Below are positions 39,401 through 53,820 of a stretch of DNA of 64,000 nt, piece after piece. Where the stretch lies: NCBI RefSeq assembly GCF_009914755.1, contig NC_060933.1, one strand, 5' to 3'. The position numbers and the translations under genes were made by a program. Numbering within the stretch: position 1 is the first letter of the stretch; each line of letters begins with the position of its first letter. The notes beneath the pieces are model-generated. The model did not search any database, had not been told where the DNA came from, and saw only the letters and a program-made list of their open reading frames with translations. The stretch is from the human T2T-CHM13v2.0 reference genome, Homo sapiens.

Positions 39401-41050
39401 AATGGAATGGAATGGAATGGAATAGAATGGAATGGAATGGAATGCAATGGAATGGAATGGAATGGAATGGAATCAGCTCGAGTGGAATGGCATGGTATGG
39501 AATGGATTGGAATGGAATGCAATGGAATGGAATGGAATCATTCCGAGTGGAATGGAAGGGAATGTAACCGAGTAGAATGGAAAGGAATGGAATCAACCCG
39601 AGTGGAATGGAAGGGAATGGAATGGAATGGAATGGAATGGAATGGAATGGAATCAACCCGAATGCAATGGAATGGAATGGAATGGAATGGAATGGAATGG
39701 AATGGAATGGATTCAACCAGAAAGGAATGGAACGGAATGGAATCAACCCGATTGGAATGGCATGGAATGGAATAGAATGGAAAGGAATGGAATGGAATGG
39801 TACGTAATAGAATGGAATGGAACGAAATGGAATGGAATTGATTCCACCCAACTGGAATGGAATGGAAAGGAATGGAATGGAATGGAAGGGAATGGAATGG
39901 AATGGAATGGAATGGAATCAACGCGAATGGAATGGCATAGAATGGAATGGAATGGAATGGTGCGGAATAGAATGGAATGGAACGAAAGGGAATGGAATGG
40001 ATTCAACCAAATTGGAATGCATTGGAATGGAAAGAATTGTGTGGAATGGAATTGAATGGAATGTAGTGTAAAGGAATTGAGGAGAATCAACCAGAATGGA
40101 ATGAAAAGGAATGGAATGCAATGGAATGGAATGGAATGGAATAGAATGGAATGGAATGGAATGGAATGGAATGGAATCATTCCGAGTGGAATGGAAGGGA
40201 ATGTATTCGAGTGGAATGGAAAGGAATGGAATCAACCCGAGTGGAATGGAAGGGAATGGAATAGAATGGAAAGGAATAGAATGGAATCAACCGGAGTGGA
40301 ATGGAATGGAAAGGAATGGAATGGAATGGAATGGAATGAATGGAATGTAATCAACCCGAGTGCAATGGAAAGGAATGGAATTGAATGGAATGCTAAGGAA
40401 TAGAATGGAATGGAACAAAATGGAACGGAATGGATTCACCCCAATAGGAATGGAATGGAATGGAATGGAATTGTGTGTAATGGAATGGAATTGTTTCGAA
40501 TGGAATGGATTTGAATGGAGTGTAAAGGAATTGAATAAAATCAACCCGAATGGAATGGAATGAAATGAAACGGAACGGAATGCATTGGAATGGAATCAAC
40601 CCGAGTGGAACGGCATGGAATGGAATGGAATGGAATGGAATGGAATAGAATGGAATGGAACGAAATGGAAAGGAAAGGATTCAACCCGATTGGAATGGAA
40701 TGGAATGGAATGGAATTGTGTGGAATTGAATAGAATGGAATGGAGTGTAAAGGAATTGAATAGAATCAACCCGAATGGAATGGAATGGAATGGAACGGGT
40801 TGGAATGGAATGGAATGGAATGGAATGGAATGGAATGGAATAAACTCGAGTGGAATGGAATGGAATGGAATGGATTGGAATGAAATGCAATGGAGTGGAA
40901 TGGAATGGAAAGGAATGGAATCCTTCCGAGTGGAATGGAAGGGAATGAAATCGAGAGGAATGGAAAGGAATGGAATCAACCCGAGTGGAATGGAAGGGAA
41001 TGCAATGGAATGGAAAGGAATGGAATGGAATCAACCCGAGTGCTATGGAA
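36436..41050 (+). repeat. ~4.6 kb tandem duplication, unit 2
   Basis: Colinear with unit 1. The junction lies in the pure GGAAT run at ~36400-36440, joining CCGAGTGCTA to GGAAAGGAAAGG...AACCAACTCGAA. Confidence 0.92.
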
Positions 41051-41539
41051 TGGAATTGAATGGAATTGAATGGAATGGAATGGAAAGGAATGGTACAAAA
41101 TCGAATGGAATGGAACGAAATGGTACGGAATGTTTACAACCTAATTGGAAAGGAATGGAATGGAATGGAATTGTGTGGAATGGAATGCAATGGAATGCAG
41201 TGTAAAGGAATTGAATAGAATCAACCCGAATGGAATGGAATGGAATGGAACGGAACGGAATGGAATGGAACGGAAAGGAACGGAATGGAATGGAATGGAA
41301 TGGAATGGAATGGAATGGAATGGAAAGGAATCTACTAGAGTGGAATGGAATGGAATGGATTGGATTGGAATGGAATGCAATTGAAGGGAATGGATGGGAA
41401 TGGAATGGAATCGAATCATTCCGAGTGGAATGGAAGGGAATGTAATCGAGTGGAATGGAAAGGAATTGAATCAACCCGAGTGGAATGGAAGGGAATGGAA
41501 TGGAATGGAAAGGAATGGAATGGAATCAACCCGAGTGGA

Positions 41540-44030
41540 ATGGAATGGAATGGAATTTAATGTAATCAACCCGAGTAGAATGGCATGGAATGGAATAGAA
41601 TGTAATGGAATGGAAAGGTACAGAACAGAAATGAATGGAACGAAATGGAATAGAATGCATTCAACCCACTTGGTATGGAATGGAATGGAATGAAATAGTG
41701 TGGAATGGAATGTAATGGAATGGAGTGTAAAGGAATTGAATAGAATCAACCCGAATAGAATGGGATGGAATGGAACGGAGCGGATGGGAATGGAATGGAA
41801 TGGAATGGAATGGAATAGAATGGAATGGAATGGAATGAACCCGAATAGAAAGGAATGCAATGGAATCAATCCGATTGGAATGGCATGGAATGGTAAGGAA
41901 ATGAATGGAATGGAATGGTACAGAATAGAATGGAATGGAACGAAATGGAATGAAATGTATTCAACACAATTGGAGTGGAATGGAATGGAATGGAATTGTG
42001 TGGAATGGAAAGGAATGGAATAGAGTGTAAAGGAATTGAATAGAATCAACCCGAATGGAAAGGAATGTAATGGAATTTAAAGGAATGGAATGGAATGGAA
42101 TGGAATCAACTCGAGTGGAATGGAATGGATTGGAATGGAATGCAATGGAATGGAATGTAATGGAATGGAATCATTCCGAGAGTAATGGAAGAGAATGTAA
42201 TCGAGTGTAATGGAAAGGAATGGAATCAACCCGAGTGCAATGGAATGGAATGCAATGCAATGGAATGGAATGGAAACTACCAGAATGGAATGGAATGGAA
42301 TGGAATGGAATGGAATGGAATGGAATGTACCCGAATGGAATTGAATGGAATGGAATCGTATGGCGTGGAATGGAATGAAACGTAATAGAATGGAATGGAA
42401 TCAAATCGCGTGGAATGGAATGGAATGGAACTGAATCAAACAGAGTGGAATGGAATGGAATGGAATGGAATGGAATGGAATGGAATGGAATGGAATGGAA
42501 TAATCCCGAATGGAATGGGGCGGAATGGAATGGAATGGAATGGAATGGAATGGAATGGAATGGAATCAACCCGAGTGCAATGGAATGGAATCGAATGGAT
42601 TGTAATGGAATGGAATGGATTCAACCCGAATGGAATGGAAAGGAATGGAATCAACCCGAGTGGAATGGCATGGAATGGAATAGAATGGAAAGGAATGGAA
42701 TGGAATGGTACGGAATAGAATGGAATGGAACGAAATGGAATGGAATGGAATGGAATGGAATGGAATGGAATGGAGTGGAATCATTCCGAGTGGAATAGAA
42801 GGGAATGTATTCGAGTGGAATGGAAAGGAATGGAATCAACCCAAGTGGAATGGGAGGGAACGGAATGGAATGGAAAAGAATAGAATGGAATCAACCAGAG
42901 TGGAATGGAATGGAAAGGAATGGAATGGAATGGAATGGAATAGAATGGAATGGAATGCAATGGAATGGAATGGAATGGAATGGAATGGAATCAACTCGAG
43001 TGCAATGGAATGGAATGGAATGGAATGGAATGGAATGGAATGGAATCAACCTGAATAGAATGGAATGAAATGGAATCAACCCGAGCGGAATGGCATGGAA
43101 TGGAAAGGAATGAAATGTAATTGAATGGTACGGAATAGAATGGAATGGAACGAAATGGAATGAAATTCATTCCACCCAACTGGAATGGAATGGAATGGAA
43201 TGGAATGGAATGGAATGGAATGGATTGGACTGGAATGGAATGGAGTCAACTCGAGTGGAATGGAATGGAATGAAATCAACCCGAGTGGAATGGCATGGAA
43301 TGGAAAGGAATGGAATGGAATGGAATGGTACGGAATAGAATGGAATGGAACGAAATGGAACGGAATGGATTCAACCCAATTGGAATTTAAGGGAATGGAA
43401 TGGAATTGTGTCGAATGGAATGGAATGGAATGGAATGAAAAGGAATTGAATAGAATCAACCCGAATGGAATGGAATGGAACGCAATGCAATGGAATGGAA
43501 TGGAATGGAATGGTACGGAATAGAATGGAATGGAAAGAAATGGAATGGAATGGATTCAACCCAATTGGAATGGAATGGAATGGAATGGAATAGAATTGTG
43601 TGGAGTGGAATGGAATGGAATGGAATGGAACGCAATTGAATGGAATGGAATGGAATCAACTCGAGTGGAATGGAATGGTATGGAATGGATTGGAATGGAA
43701 TGCAATGGAATGGAATGGAATCATTCCGAGCGGAATGGAAGGGAATGTAATCGAGTGGAATGGAAAGGAATGGAATCAACGCGAGTGGAATGGAAGGGAA
43801 TGGAATGGAATGGAAAGGAATGGAATGGAATCAACCCGAGTGGAATGGAATGCAATGGAATAGAATGTAATGGAATGGAATGCTACGGAGTAGAAATGAA
43901 TGGAACGAAATGGAATAGAATGCATTGAACCCACATGGAATGGAATGGAATGGAATGGAATGGAATTGTGTGGAATGGAATGGAATGGAATGGAGTGTAA
44001 AGGAATTGAATAGAATCAACCCGAGTGGAA
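41540..44030 (+). repeat. Module D'+D, paralogous to ~56400-58970 (offset ~14.85 kb); D alone also at ~49640-51400
   Basis: CAGAACAGAAATG 41621/56478; TCAATCCGATT 41866/56713; TGGGGCGG 42516/49821/57443; TGCTACGGAGTAG 43881/51240/58828. Confidence 0.88.
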
Positions 44031-47000
44031 TGGAATGGAATGGATTGGAATCAACACGCATAGAATGGAATGAAATGGCATCAACCTGATTGCAATGGCA
44101 TCAAATCGCGTGGAATGGAATGGAATGGAACTGAATCAAACAGAGTGGAATGGAATGGAATGGAATGGAATGGAATGGAATGGAATGGAATGGAATCACC
44201 ACGAATGGAATGGAGTGGAAAGGAATGGAATGGAATGGAATGAAATGGAATGGAATGGAATGGAATCAACCCGAGTGCAATTGAATGGAATCGAATGGAA
44301 TGCAATGGAATGGAATGGATTTAACCCGAATGGAGTGGAAAGGAATGGAATCAACCCGAGTGGAATGGCATGGAATGGAATGGAATGCAATGGATTGGAA
44401 TGTAATGGAATGGTACGGAATAGAGTGGAATGGAACGAAATGGAATGGAATGGAATGGAATTGTGTGGAATGGAATGGAATGGAATGGAGTGTAAAGGAA
44501 TTGAATAGAATCAACCCGAATAGAATGGAATGTAATGGAATGGAAAGGAATGGTATGGAATGGAATGGAATGGAATGGAATGGAATGAACTCGAGTGGAA
44601 TGGAATGGAATGGAATGGATTGGAATGGAATGCAATGGAATTGAATGGAATCATTCCGAGTGGAATGGAAGGGAATGTTATCCAGTGGAATGGAAAGGAA
44701 TAGAATCAACCCGAATGGAATGGAGTGGAATGGAATCAACCCGAGTGGAATGGCATGGAATGGAATGGAATGGAAAGGAGTGGAATGGTACGGATTAGAA
44801 TGGAATGGAACGAAATGGACTGGAATGGATTCAACACAATTGGAATGGTAAGGTATGGAATGGAATGGAATAGTGTGGTACGGAATGGAATGGAATGGAG
44901 TGTAAAGGAATTGAATAGCGTCAACACGAATTGAATGGGATGGAATGGAATGGAATGGAATGGAATGGAATGGAAAGGAATGCAATGGAATGGAATGGAA
45001 TGGAATGGAATCATTCCGAGTGCAATGGAAGTCAATGTAATCGAGTGGAATGGAAAGGAATGGAATCAACCCGAGTGCAATGGAATGGAATGGAATGGAA
45101 TGGAATGAAATGGAATGGAGTCTACCAGAAAAGAATGGAATGGAATGGAATGGAAAGGAATGGAATGGAATGTACCCGAATGGAAAGGAATGGAATGGAA
45201 TCGTATGGCGTGGAATGGAATGAAACGGAATAGAATGGAAAGGAATCAAATCGCATGGAATGGAATGGAACTGAATCAAACAGAGTGGAATGGAATGGAA
45301 TGGAATGGAATGGAATGGAATGGAATGGAATGGAGTCATCCCGAATGGAATGGAGTCGAATGGAATGGAATGGAATGGAATCAACACATCTGCAATGGAA
45401 TGGAATGGAATGGAATGGAATGGAATGGGTTCAACCCAAATGTAATGGAAAAGAATGGAATCAACCGGAGTGGAATGGCATGGAATGGAATGGAATGGAA
45501 TGGAATGGAATGGTACGGAATAAAATGGAATGGAACGAAATTGAATGGAATGGAATTGAATGGAGTGGAATCATTCTGAGTGGAATAAAAGGGAATGTTT
45601 TCGAGTGGAATGGAAAGGAATGGAATCACCCCGACTGGAATGGAAGGGAATGGAATGGAATGGAATAGAATAGAATGGAATCAACCAGAGTGGAATAGAA
45701 TGGAATGGAATGGAATGGAATGGAATGGAATGGAATGGAATCAACTCGAGTGCAATGGAATTAAACTGAATGGAGTGGAATGGAATGGAATGGAATGGAA
45801 TGGAGTGGAATGGAATGGAATGGAATGGAATGGAATCAACCCGAATAGAATGGAATGAAATTGAATCAACCCGAGTGGAATGACATGGAATGGAAAGGAA
45901 TGGAATGGAATTGAATGGTACGTAATACAATGGAATGGAACGAAATGCAATGGAATGGATTCAACCCGATTGGAATGGAATGGAATGGAATGGAATGAAA
46001 TGGAATTGTGTGGAATTGAATAGAATGGAATGGAGTGTAAAGGAATTGAATAGAATCAACCCGAACGGAATGGAAAGGAATGGAACGGAACAGAATGGAA
46101 TGGAATGGAATGGAATGGAATGGAATGGAATGGAATGGAATGGAATGGAATGGAATCAACTCGAGTGGAATGGAATGGAATGGAATGGAATGGAATGGAT
46201 TGGAATGGAATGCAATGGAAGGGAATGGAAGGGAATGGAACGGAATGGAATCATTCCGAGTGGAATGGAAGGGAATCGAATCAAGTGGAAGGGAAAGGAA
46301 TGGAATCAACCCGAGTGGAACGGAAGGGAATGGAAAGAAATGGAAAGGAATGGAGTGGAATCAACCCGAGTGGAATGGAATGGAAATGAATGGAAAGGAA
46401 AGGAATTCAATGGAATGGAATGGAATGGAATGGAATGGAATGGAATGGAATGGAATCTACCAGAATGGAATGGAATGGAATGGAGTGGAATGGAATGGAA
46501 TGGAATCAAATGGAACGGAATGGGTTGTACCCGAGTGGAATGTAATATAATGGAATTTTATGGCGTGGAATGGAATGAAACGGAATAGAATGGAATGGAA
46601 TCAAATCGCGTGGAATGGAATGGAATGGAACTGAATCAAACAGAGTGGAATGGAATGGAATGGAATGGAATGGAATGGAAAGGAATGGAATCACCCCGAA
46701 TGGAATGGAGTGGAATGGAATGGAATAGAATGGAATGGAATGGAATGGAATGGAATGGAATCAACACGAGTGCAATAGAATGGAATCGAAAAGAATGGAA
46801 TGGAATGGAATGAATTCAACACGAATGCAGTGGAAAGGAATGGAATCAAGCAGAGTGGAATGGCATGGAATTGAATGGAATGCAATGGAATGGAGTGGAA
46901 TGGAATGGTACTGAATAGAATGGAATGGAACGAAATGGAATAGAATGGAATGGAATGGAATGGAATGGAATGGAATGGAATCAACTCGAGTGCAATGGAA

Positions 47001-48930
47001 TGGAATGGAATGGAGTGGAATGGAATGGAATTGAATGAAATGGAATGGAATGGAATCAACCCGAATAGAATGGAATGAAATGGAATCAACCCGAGTGGAA
47101 TGGCATGTAATGGAAAGGAATGGAATGGAATTGAATTGTACGCAATAGAATGGAATGGAACGAAATGCAATGGAATGGATTCAACCCGATTGGAATGGAA
47201 TGGAATGGAATGGAATGGAATGAAATGGAATTGTGTGGAATTGAATAGAATGGAATGGGGAGTAAAGGAATTGAATAGAATCAACCTGAACGGAATGGAA
47301 AGGAATGGAACGGAACGGAATGGAATGGAAAGGAATGGAATGGAATGGAATGCAATCAACTCGAGTGGAATGGAATGGAATGGAATGGATTGGAATGGAA
47401 TGCAATGGAAGGGAATGGAAGGGAAAGGAACGGAATGGAATCATTCCGAGTGGAATGGAAGGGAATGGAATCAAGTGGAATGGAAAGGAATGGAATCAAC
47501 CCGAGTGGAACGGAAGGGAATGGAACGGAAAGGAAAGGAATGGAGTGGAATCAACCCGAGTGGAATGGAATGGAAATGAATGGAAAGGAAAGGAATGCAA
47601 TGGAATGGAATGGAATGGAATGGAATAGAATCAACCCGAGAGCAATGGTATGGAATGGAATGGAATGGAAAGGAATGGAATGGAATGGAAAGGAATCAAC
47701 CCGAATGGAATGGAATGGAAAGGAATCAACCAGAGTGGAATGGAATGGAATGGATTGGAATGGAATGGAATGGAATGGAATGGAATGGAATGGAATACAA
47801 TCATTCCGAGTTGAATAGAAGGGAATGTATTCGAGTGGAATGGAAAGCAATGGAATCACCCCTAGAGGAATGCAAGGGAATGGAATGGAATGGAAAAGAA
47901 AAGAATGGAATCAACTAGAGTGGAATGGAATGGAAAGGAAAGGAATGGAATGGAATGGAATGGAATGGAATGGAATGAAATGGAACCAACTCGAATGCAA
48001 TGGAATGGAATGGAGTGGAATGGAATGGAATTGAATCAACCCGAATAGAATGGAATGAATTGGAATCAAACCCAGTAGAATGGCACGGAATGGAAAGGAA
48101 TGGAATGAAATTGATTCAACCCAACCGGAATGGAATGGAATGAAATGGAATGGAATGGAATGGAATCAACCCGACTGCAATTGAATGGAATGGAACGAAA
48201 TGGAATGAAATGGATTCAACCCAAATGGAATGGAATGGAATGAAATGGAATTGTGCGGAATGGAATGGAATGGAATGGAATGGAATGGAATGGAATGGAA
48301 TGGAATCTACCAGAAAGGAATGGAATGGAATGGAATGGAAGGGAATGGAATGGAATGGAATGGAATGGAATGGATTGTACCCGAATGGAATGGAATGGAA
48401 TGGAATGGAATGGAATGGAATGGAATTGTATGGCGTGGAATGGAATGAAACGGAATAGAATGGAATGGAATCAAATCACATGGAATGGAATGGAATGGAA
48501 TTGAATCAAACAGAGTGGACTGGAATGGAATGGAATGGAATGGAATGAAATGGAATGGAATCATCCCGAATGGAATGGAGTGGAATGGAATGGAATGGAA
48601 TGGAATGTAGTGGAATCAACCCGAGTGCAATGGAATGGAATTGAACGGAATGGAATGGAATATAATCAACCCGAATGGAATGGAATGGAAAGGAATCAAC
48701 CCGAGTGGAATGGCATGGAATGGAATGGAATGGAATGGAATGGAAAAGAATAGAATGGAATGGAACGAAATGGAATGGAATGGATTCAACCCTATTGGAA
48801 TGGAATGGAATGGAATGGATTGGAATGGAATGCAATGGAATGGAATGGAATGGAATGGTATCATTACGAGTGGAATGGAAGGGAATGTAATCGAGTGGAA
48901 TGGAAAGGAATGGAATCAACCGGAGTGCAA

Positions 48931-48980
48931 TGTAATGTAATGTAATGTAATGTAATGTAATGTAATGTAATGTAATGTAA
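48931..48980 (+). repeat. (TGTAA)10 perfect pentanucleotide microsatellite embedded in the satellite
   Basis: Ten consecutive TGTAA units read directly; the longest non-GGAAT run seen in the window. Confidence 0.95.
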
Positions 48981-49639
48981 TGGAATGGAATGGAATGGAA
49001 TGGAATGCAATCATTGCGAGTGGAATGGAAGGGAATGTAATCGAGTGGAATGGAAAGGAATGGAATCAATCCGAGTGCAATGGAATGGAATGGAATGGAA
49101 TGGAATGGAATGGAATGGAATCTACCAGAATGGAATGGAATGGAATGGAATGGAATGGAATGGAATGGAAGCGAATGGAACGGAATGGGTTGTACCAGAG
49201 TGGAATGTAATATAATGGAATTGTATGGCGTGGAATGGAATGAAACAGAATAGAATGGAATGGAATCAAATCACGTGGAATGGAATGGAATGGAACTGAA
49301 TCAAACAGAGTGGAATGGAATGGAATGGAATGGAATGGAATGGAATAGAATGGAATAACCCCGAATGGAATTTAGTGGAATGGAATGGAATAGAATGGAA
49401 TGGAATGGAATGGAATGGAATGGAATGGAATCAACACGAGTGCAATAGAATGGAATCGAAAAGAATGGAATGGAATGGAATGGATTCAACCCGAATGCAG
49501 TGGAAAGGAATGGAATCAAGCAGAGTGGAATGGCATGGAATTGAATGGAATGCAATGGAATGGAATGGAATGGAATGGTACTGAATAGAATGGAATGGAA
49601 CGAAACGGAATGGAATGGAATGGAATGGAATGGAATGGA

Positions 49640-52600
49640 ATGCAATGGAATGGAATGTACCCGAATGGAATTGAATGGAATGGAATCGTATGGCGGGGAA
49701 TGGAATGAAACGGAATAGAATGGAATGGAATCAAATCGCGTGGAATGGAATGGAATGGAACTGAATCAAACAGAGTGGAATGGAATGGAATGGAATGGAA
49801 TGGAATAATCCCGAATGGAATGGGGCGGAATGGAATGGAATGGAATGGAATGGAATGGAATGGAATGGAATCAAACCGAGTGCAATGGAATGGAATCGAA
49901 TGGATTGGAATGGAATGGAATGGATTCAACCCGAATGGAATGGAAAGGAATGGAATCAACCCGAGTGGAATGGCATGGAATGGAATAGAATGGAAAGGAA
50001 TGGAATGGAATGGTATGGAATAGAATGGAATGGAACGAAATGGAATGGAATGGAATGGAATGGAATGGAATGGAGTGGAATCATTCCGAGTGGAATAGAA
50101 GGGAATGTATTCGAGTGGAATGGAAAGGAATGGAATCAACCCAAGTGGAATGGGAGGGAACGGAATGGAATGGAAAAGAATAGAATGGAATCAACCAGAG
50201 TGGAATGGAATGGAAAGGAATGGAATGGAATGGAATGGAATGGAATGGAATGGAATGGAATCAACTCGAGTGCAATGGAATGGAATGGAATGGAATGGAA
50301 TGGAATGGAATGGAATAGAATCAACTCGAGTGCAATGGAATGGAATGGAATGGAATGGAATGGAATCAACTCGAGTACAATGGAATGGAATGGAATGGAA
50401 TGGAATGGAATGGAATGGAATCAACCCGAATAGAATGGAATGAAATGGAATCAACCCGAGTGCAATGGCATGGAATGGAAAGGAATGAAATGTAATTGAA
50501 TGGTACGGAACAGAATGGAATGGAACGAAATGGAATGAAATTGCTTCCACCCAACTGGAATGGAATGGAATGGAAAGGAATGTAATGAATGGAATGGATT
50601 GGAATGGAATGGAATGGTATCAACTCGAGTGGAATGGAATGGAATGAAATCAACCCGAGTGGAATGGCATGGAATGGAAAGGAATGGAATGGAATGGAAT
50701 GGTACGGAATAGAATGGAATGGAACGAAATGGAACGGAATGGATTCAACCCAATTGGAATTTAATGGAATGGAATGGAATTGTGTCGAATGGAATGGAAT
50801 GGAATGGAATGTAAAGGAATTGAATAGAATCAACCCGAATGGAATGGAATGGAACGCAATGCAATGGAATGGAATGGAATGGAATGGTACGGAATAGAAT
50901 GGAATGGAAAGAAATGGAATGGAATGGATTCAACCCAATTCGAATGGAATGGAATGGAATAGAATTGTGTGGAATGGAATGGAATGGAAAGCAATTGAAT
51001 GGAATGGAATGGAATCAACTCGAGTGGAATGGAATGGTATGGAATGGATTGGAATGGAATGCAATGGAATGGAATGGAATCATTCCGAGCGGAATGGAAG
51101 GGAATGTAATCGAGTGGAATGGAAAGGAATGGAATCAACGCGAGTGGAATGGAAGGGAATGCAATGGAATGGAATGGAATGGAATGGAATCAACCCGAGT
51201 AGAATGGCATGGAATGGAATAGAATGTAATGGAATGGAATGCTACGGAGTAGAAATGAATGGAACGAAATGGAATAGAATGCATTGAACCCACATGGAAT
51301 GGAATGGAATGGAATGGAATTGTGTGGAATGGAATGGAATGGAATGGAGTGTAAAGGAATTGAATAGAATCAACCCGAGTGGAATGGGATGGAATGGAAC
51401 GGAGTGGATGGGAGTGGAATGGAATGGAATGGATTGGAATCAACCTGAATAGAATGGAATGAAATGGCATCAACCCGATTGCAATGGAATCAAATCACGT
51501 GGAATGGAATGGAATGGAACTGAATCAAACAGAGTGGAATGGAATGGAATGGAATGGAATGGAATGGAATGGAATGGAATGGAATGGAATGGAATGGAAT
51601 GGAATCACCCCGAATGGAATGGAGTGGAATGGAATGGAATGGAATGGAATGAAATGGAATGGAATGGAATGGAATCAACCCGAGTGCAATTGAATGGAAT
51701 CGAATGGAATGCAATGGAATCGAATGGATTTAACCCGAATGGAGTGGAAAGGAATGGAATCAACCCGAGTGGAATGGCATGGAATGGAATGGAATGCAAT
51801 GGATTGGAATGTAATGGAATGGTACGGAATAGAGTGGAATGGAACGAAATGGAATGGAATGGAATGGAATGGAATGGAATGGAATGGAATGGAATGGAAT
51901 TGTGTGGAATGGAATGGAATGGAATGGAATGGAGTGTAAAGGAATTGAATAGAATCAACCCGAATAGAATGGAATGTAATGGAATGGAAAGGAATGGAAT
52001 GGAATGGAATGGAATGGAATGGAATGGAATCAACTCGAGTGGAATGGAATGGAATGGAATGGATTGGAATGGAATGCAATGGAATTGAATGGAATCATTC
52101 CGAGTGGAATGGAAGGGAATGTTATCCAGTGGAATGGAAAGGAATGGAATCAACCCGAATGGAATGGAGTGGAATGGAATCAACCCGAGTGGAATGGCAT
52201 GGAATGGAATGGAATGGAAAGGAGTGGAATGGTACGGATTAGAATGGAATGGAACGAAATGGACTGGAATGGATTCAACACAATTGGAATGGTAAGGTAT
52301 GGAATGGAATGGAATAGTGTGGTATGGAATGGAATGGAATGGAGTGTAAAGGAATTGAATAGCGTCAACCCGAATTGAATGGAATGGAATGGAATGGAAT
52401 GGAATGGAATGGAATGGAATGGAAAGGAATGCAATGGAATGGAATGGAATGGAATGGAATCATTGCGAGTGCAATGGAAGTCAATGTAATCGAGTGGAAT
52501 GGAAAGGAATTGAATCAACCCGAGTGCAATGGAATGGAATGGAATGGAATGAAATGGAATGGAGTCTACCAGAAAAGAATGGAATGGAATGGAATGGAAA

Positions 52601-53820
52601 GGAATGGAATGGAATGTACCCGAATGGAAAGGAATGGAATGGAATCGTATGGCGTGGAATGGAATGAAACGGAATAGAATACAATGGAATCAAATCGCAT
52701 GGAATGGAATGGAACTGAATCAAACAGAGTGGAATGGAATGGAATGGAATGGAATGGAATGGAATGGAGTCATCCCGAATGGAATGGAGTCGAATGGAAT
52801 GGAATGGAATGGAATCAACACATGTGCAATGGAATGGAATCGAATGGAATGGAATGGAATGGAATGGTTTCAACCCGAATGTAATGGAAAAGAATGGAAT
52901 CAACCCAAGTGGAATGGCATGGAATGGAATGGAATGGAATGGAATGGAATGGAATGGTACGGAATAAAATGGAATGGAACGAAATGGAATGGAATGGAAT
53001 GGAATGGAGTGGAATCATTCTGAGTGGAATAAAAGGGAATGTTTTCGAGTGGAATGGAAAGGAATGGAATCACCCCGAGTGGAATGGAAGGGAATGGAAT
53101 GGAATGGAAAAGAATAGAATGGAATCAACCAGAGTGGAATGGAATGGAAAGGAATGGAATGGAATGGAATGGAATGGAATGGAATGGAATGGAATGGAAT
53201 GGAATCAACTCGAGTGCAATTGAATGGAATGGAATGGAGTGGAATGGAATGGAATGGAATGGAATGGAATCAACTCGAATAGAATGGAATGAAATTGAAT
53301 CAACCCGAGTGGAATGGCATGGAATGGAAAGGAATGGAATGGAATTGAATGGTACGCAATAGAATGGAATGGAACGAAATGCAATGGAATGGATTCAACC
53401 CGATTGGAATGGAATGGAATGGAATGGAATGAAATGGAATTGTGTGGAATTGATTAGAATGGAATGGAGTGTAAAGGAATTGAATAGAATCAACCCGAAC
53501 GGAATGGAAAGGAATGGAACGGAACGGAATGGAATGGAATGGAATGGAAAGGAATGGAATGGAATGGAATGGAATGGAATCAACTCGAGTGGAATGGAAT
53601 GGAATGGAATGGATTGGAATGGAATGCAATGGAAGGGAATGGAAGGGAATGGAACGGAATGGAATCATTCCGAGTGGAATGGAAGGGAATGGAATCAAGT
53701 GGAATGGAAAGGAATGGAATCAACCCGAGTGGAACGGAAGGGAATGGAATGGAATGGAAAGGAATGGAGTGGAATCAACCCGAGTGGAATGGAATGGAAA
53801 TGAATGGAAAGGAAAGGAAT
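49640..53820 (+). repeat. ~4.2 kb D-A-B block duplicating ~42310-46410 (offset 7.3-7.45 kb)
   Basis: TGGGAGGGAACGG 42851/50151; TTCCACCCAACT 43170/50545; GATTTAACCCGA ~44318/~51727; GTTATCCAG 44677/52121; AATAAAAGGGAATGTTTTCG ~45584/~53028. Confidence 0.9.

Noticed and set aside
31855-41050. 4.6 kb duplication as a pure assembly artefact
   Set aside because: The units differ by multiple substitutions, pentamer counts and TGTAA run length, which favours a real duplication. Read-level confirmation is still needed.
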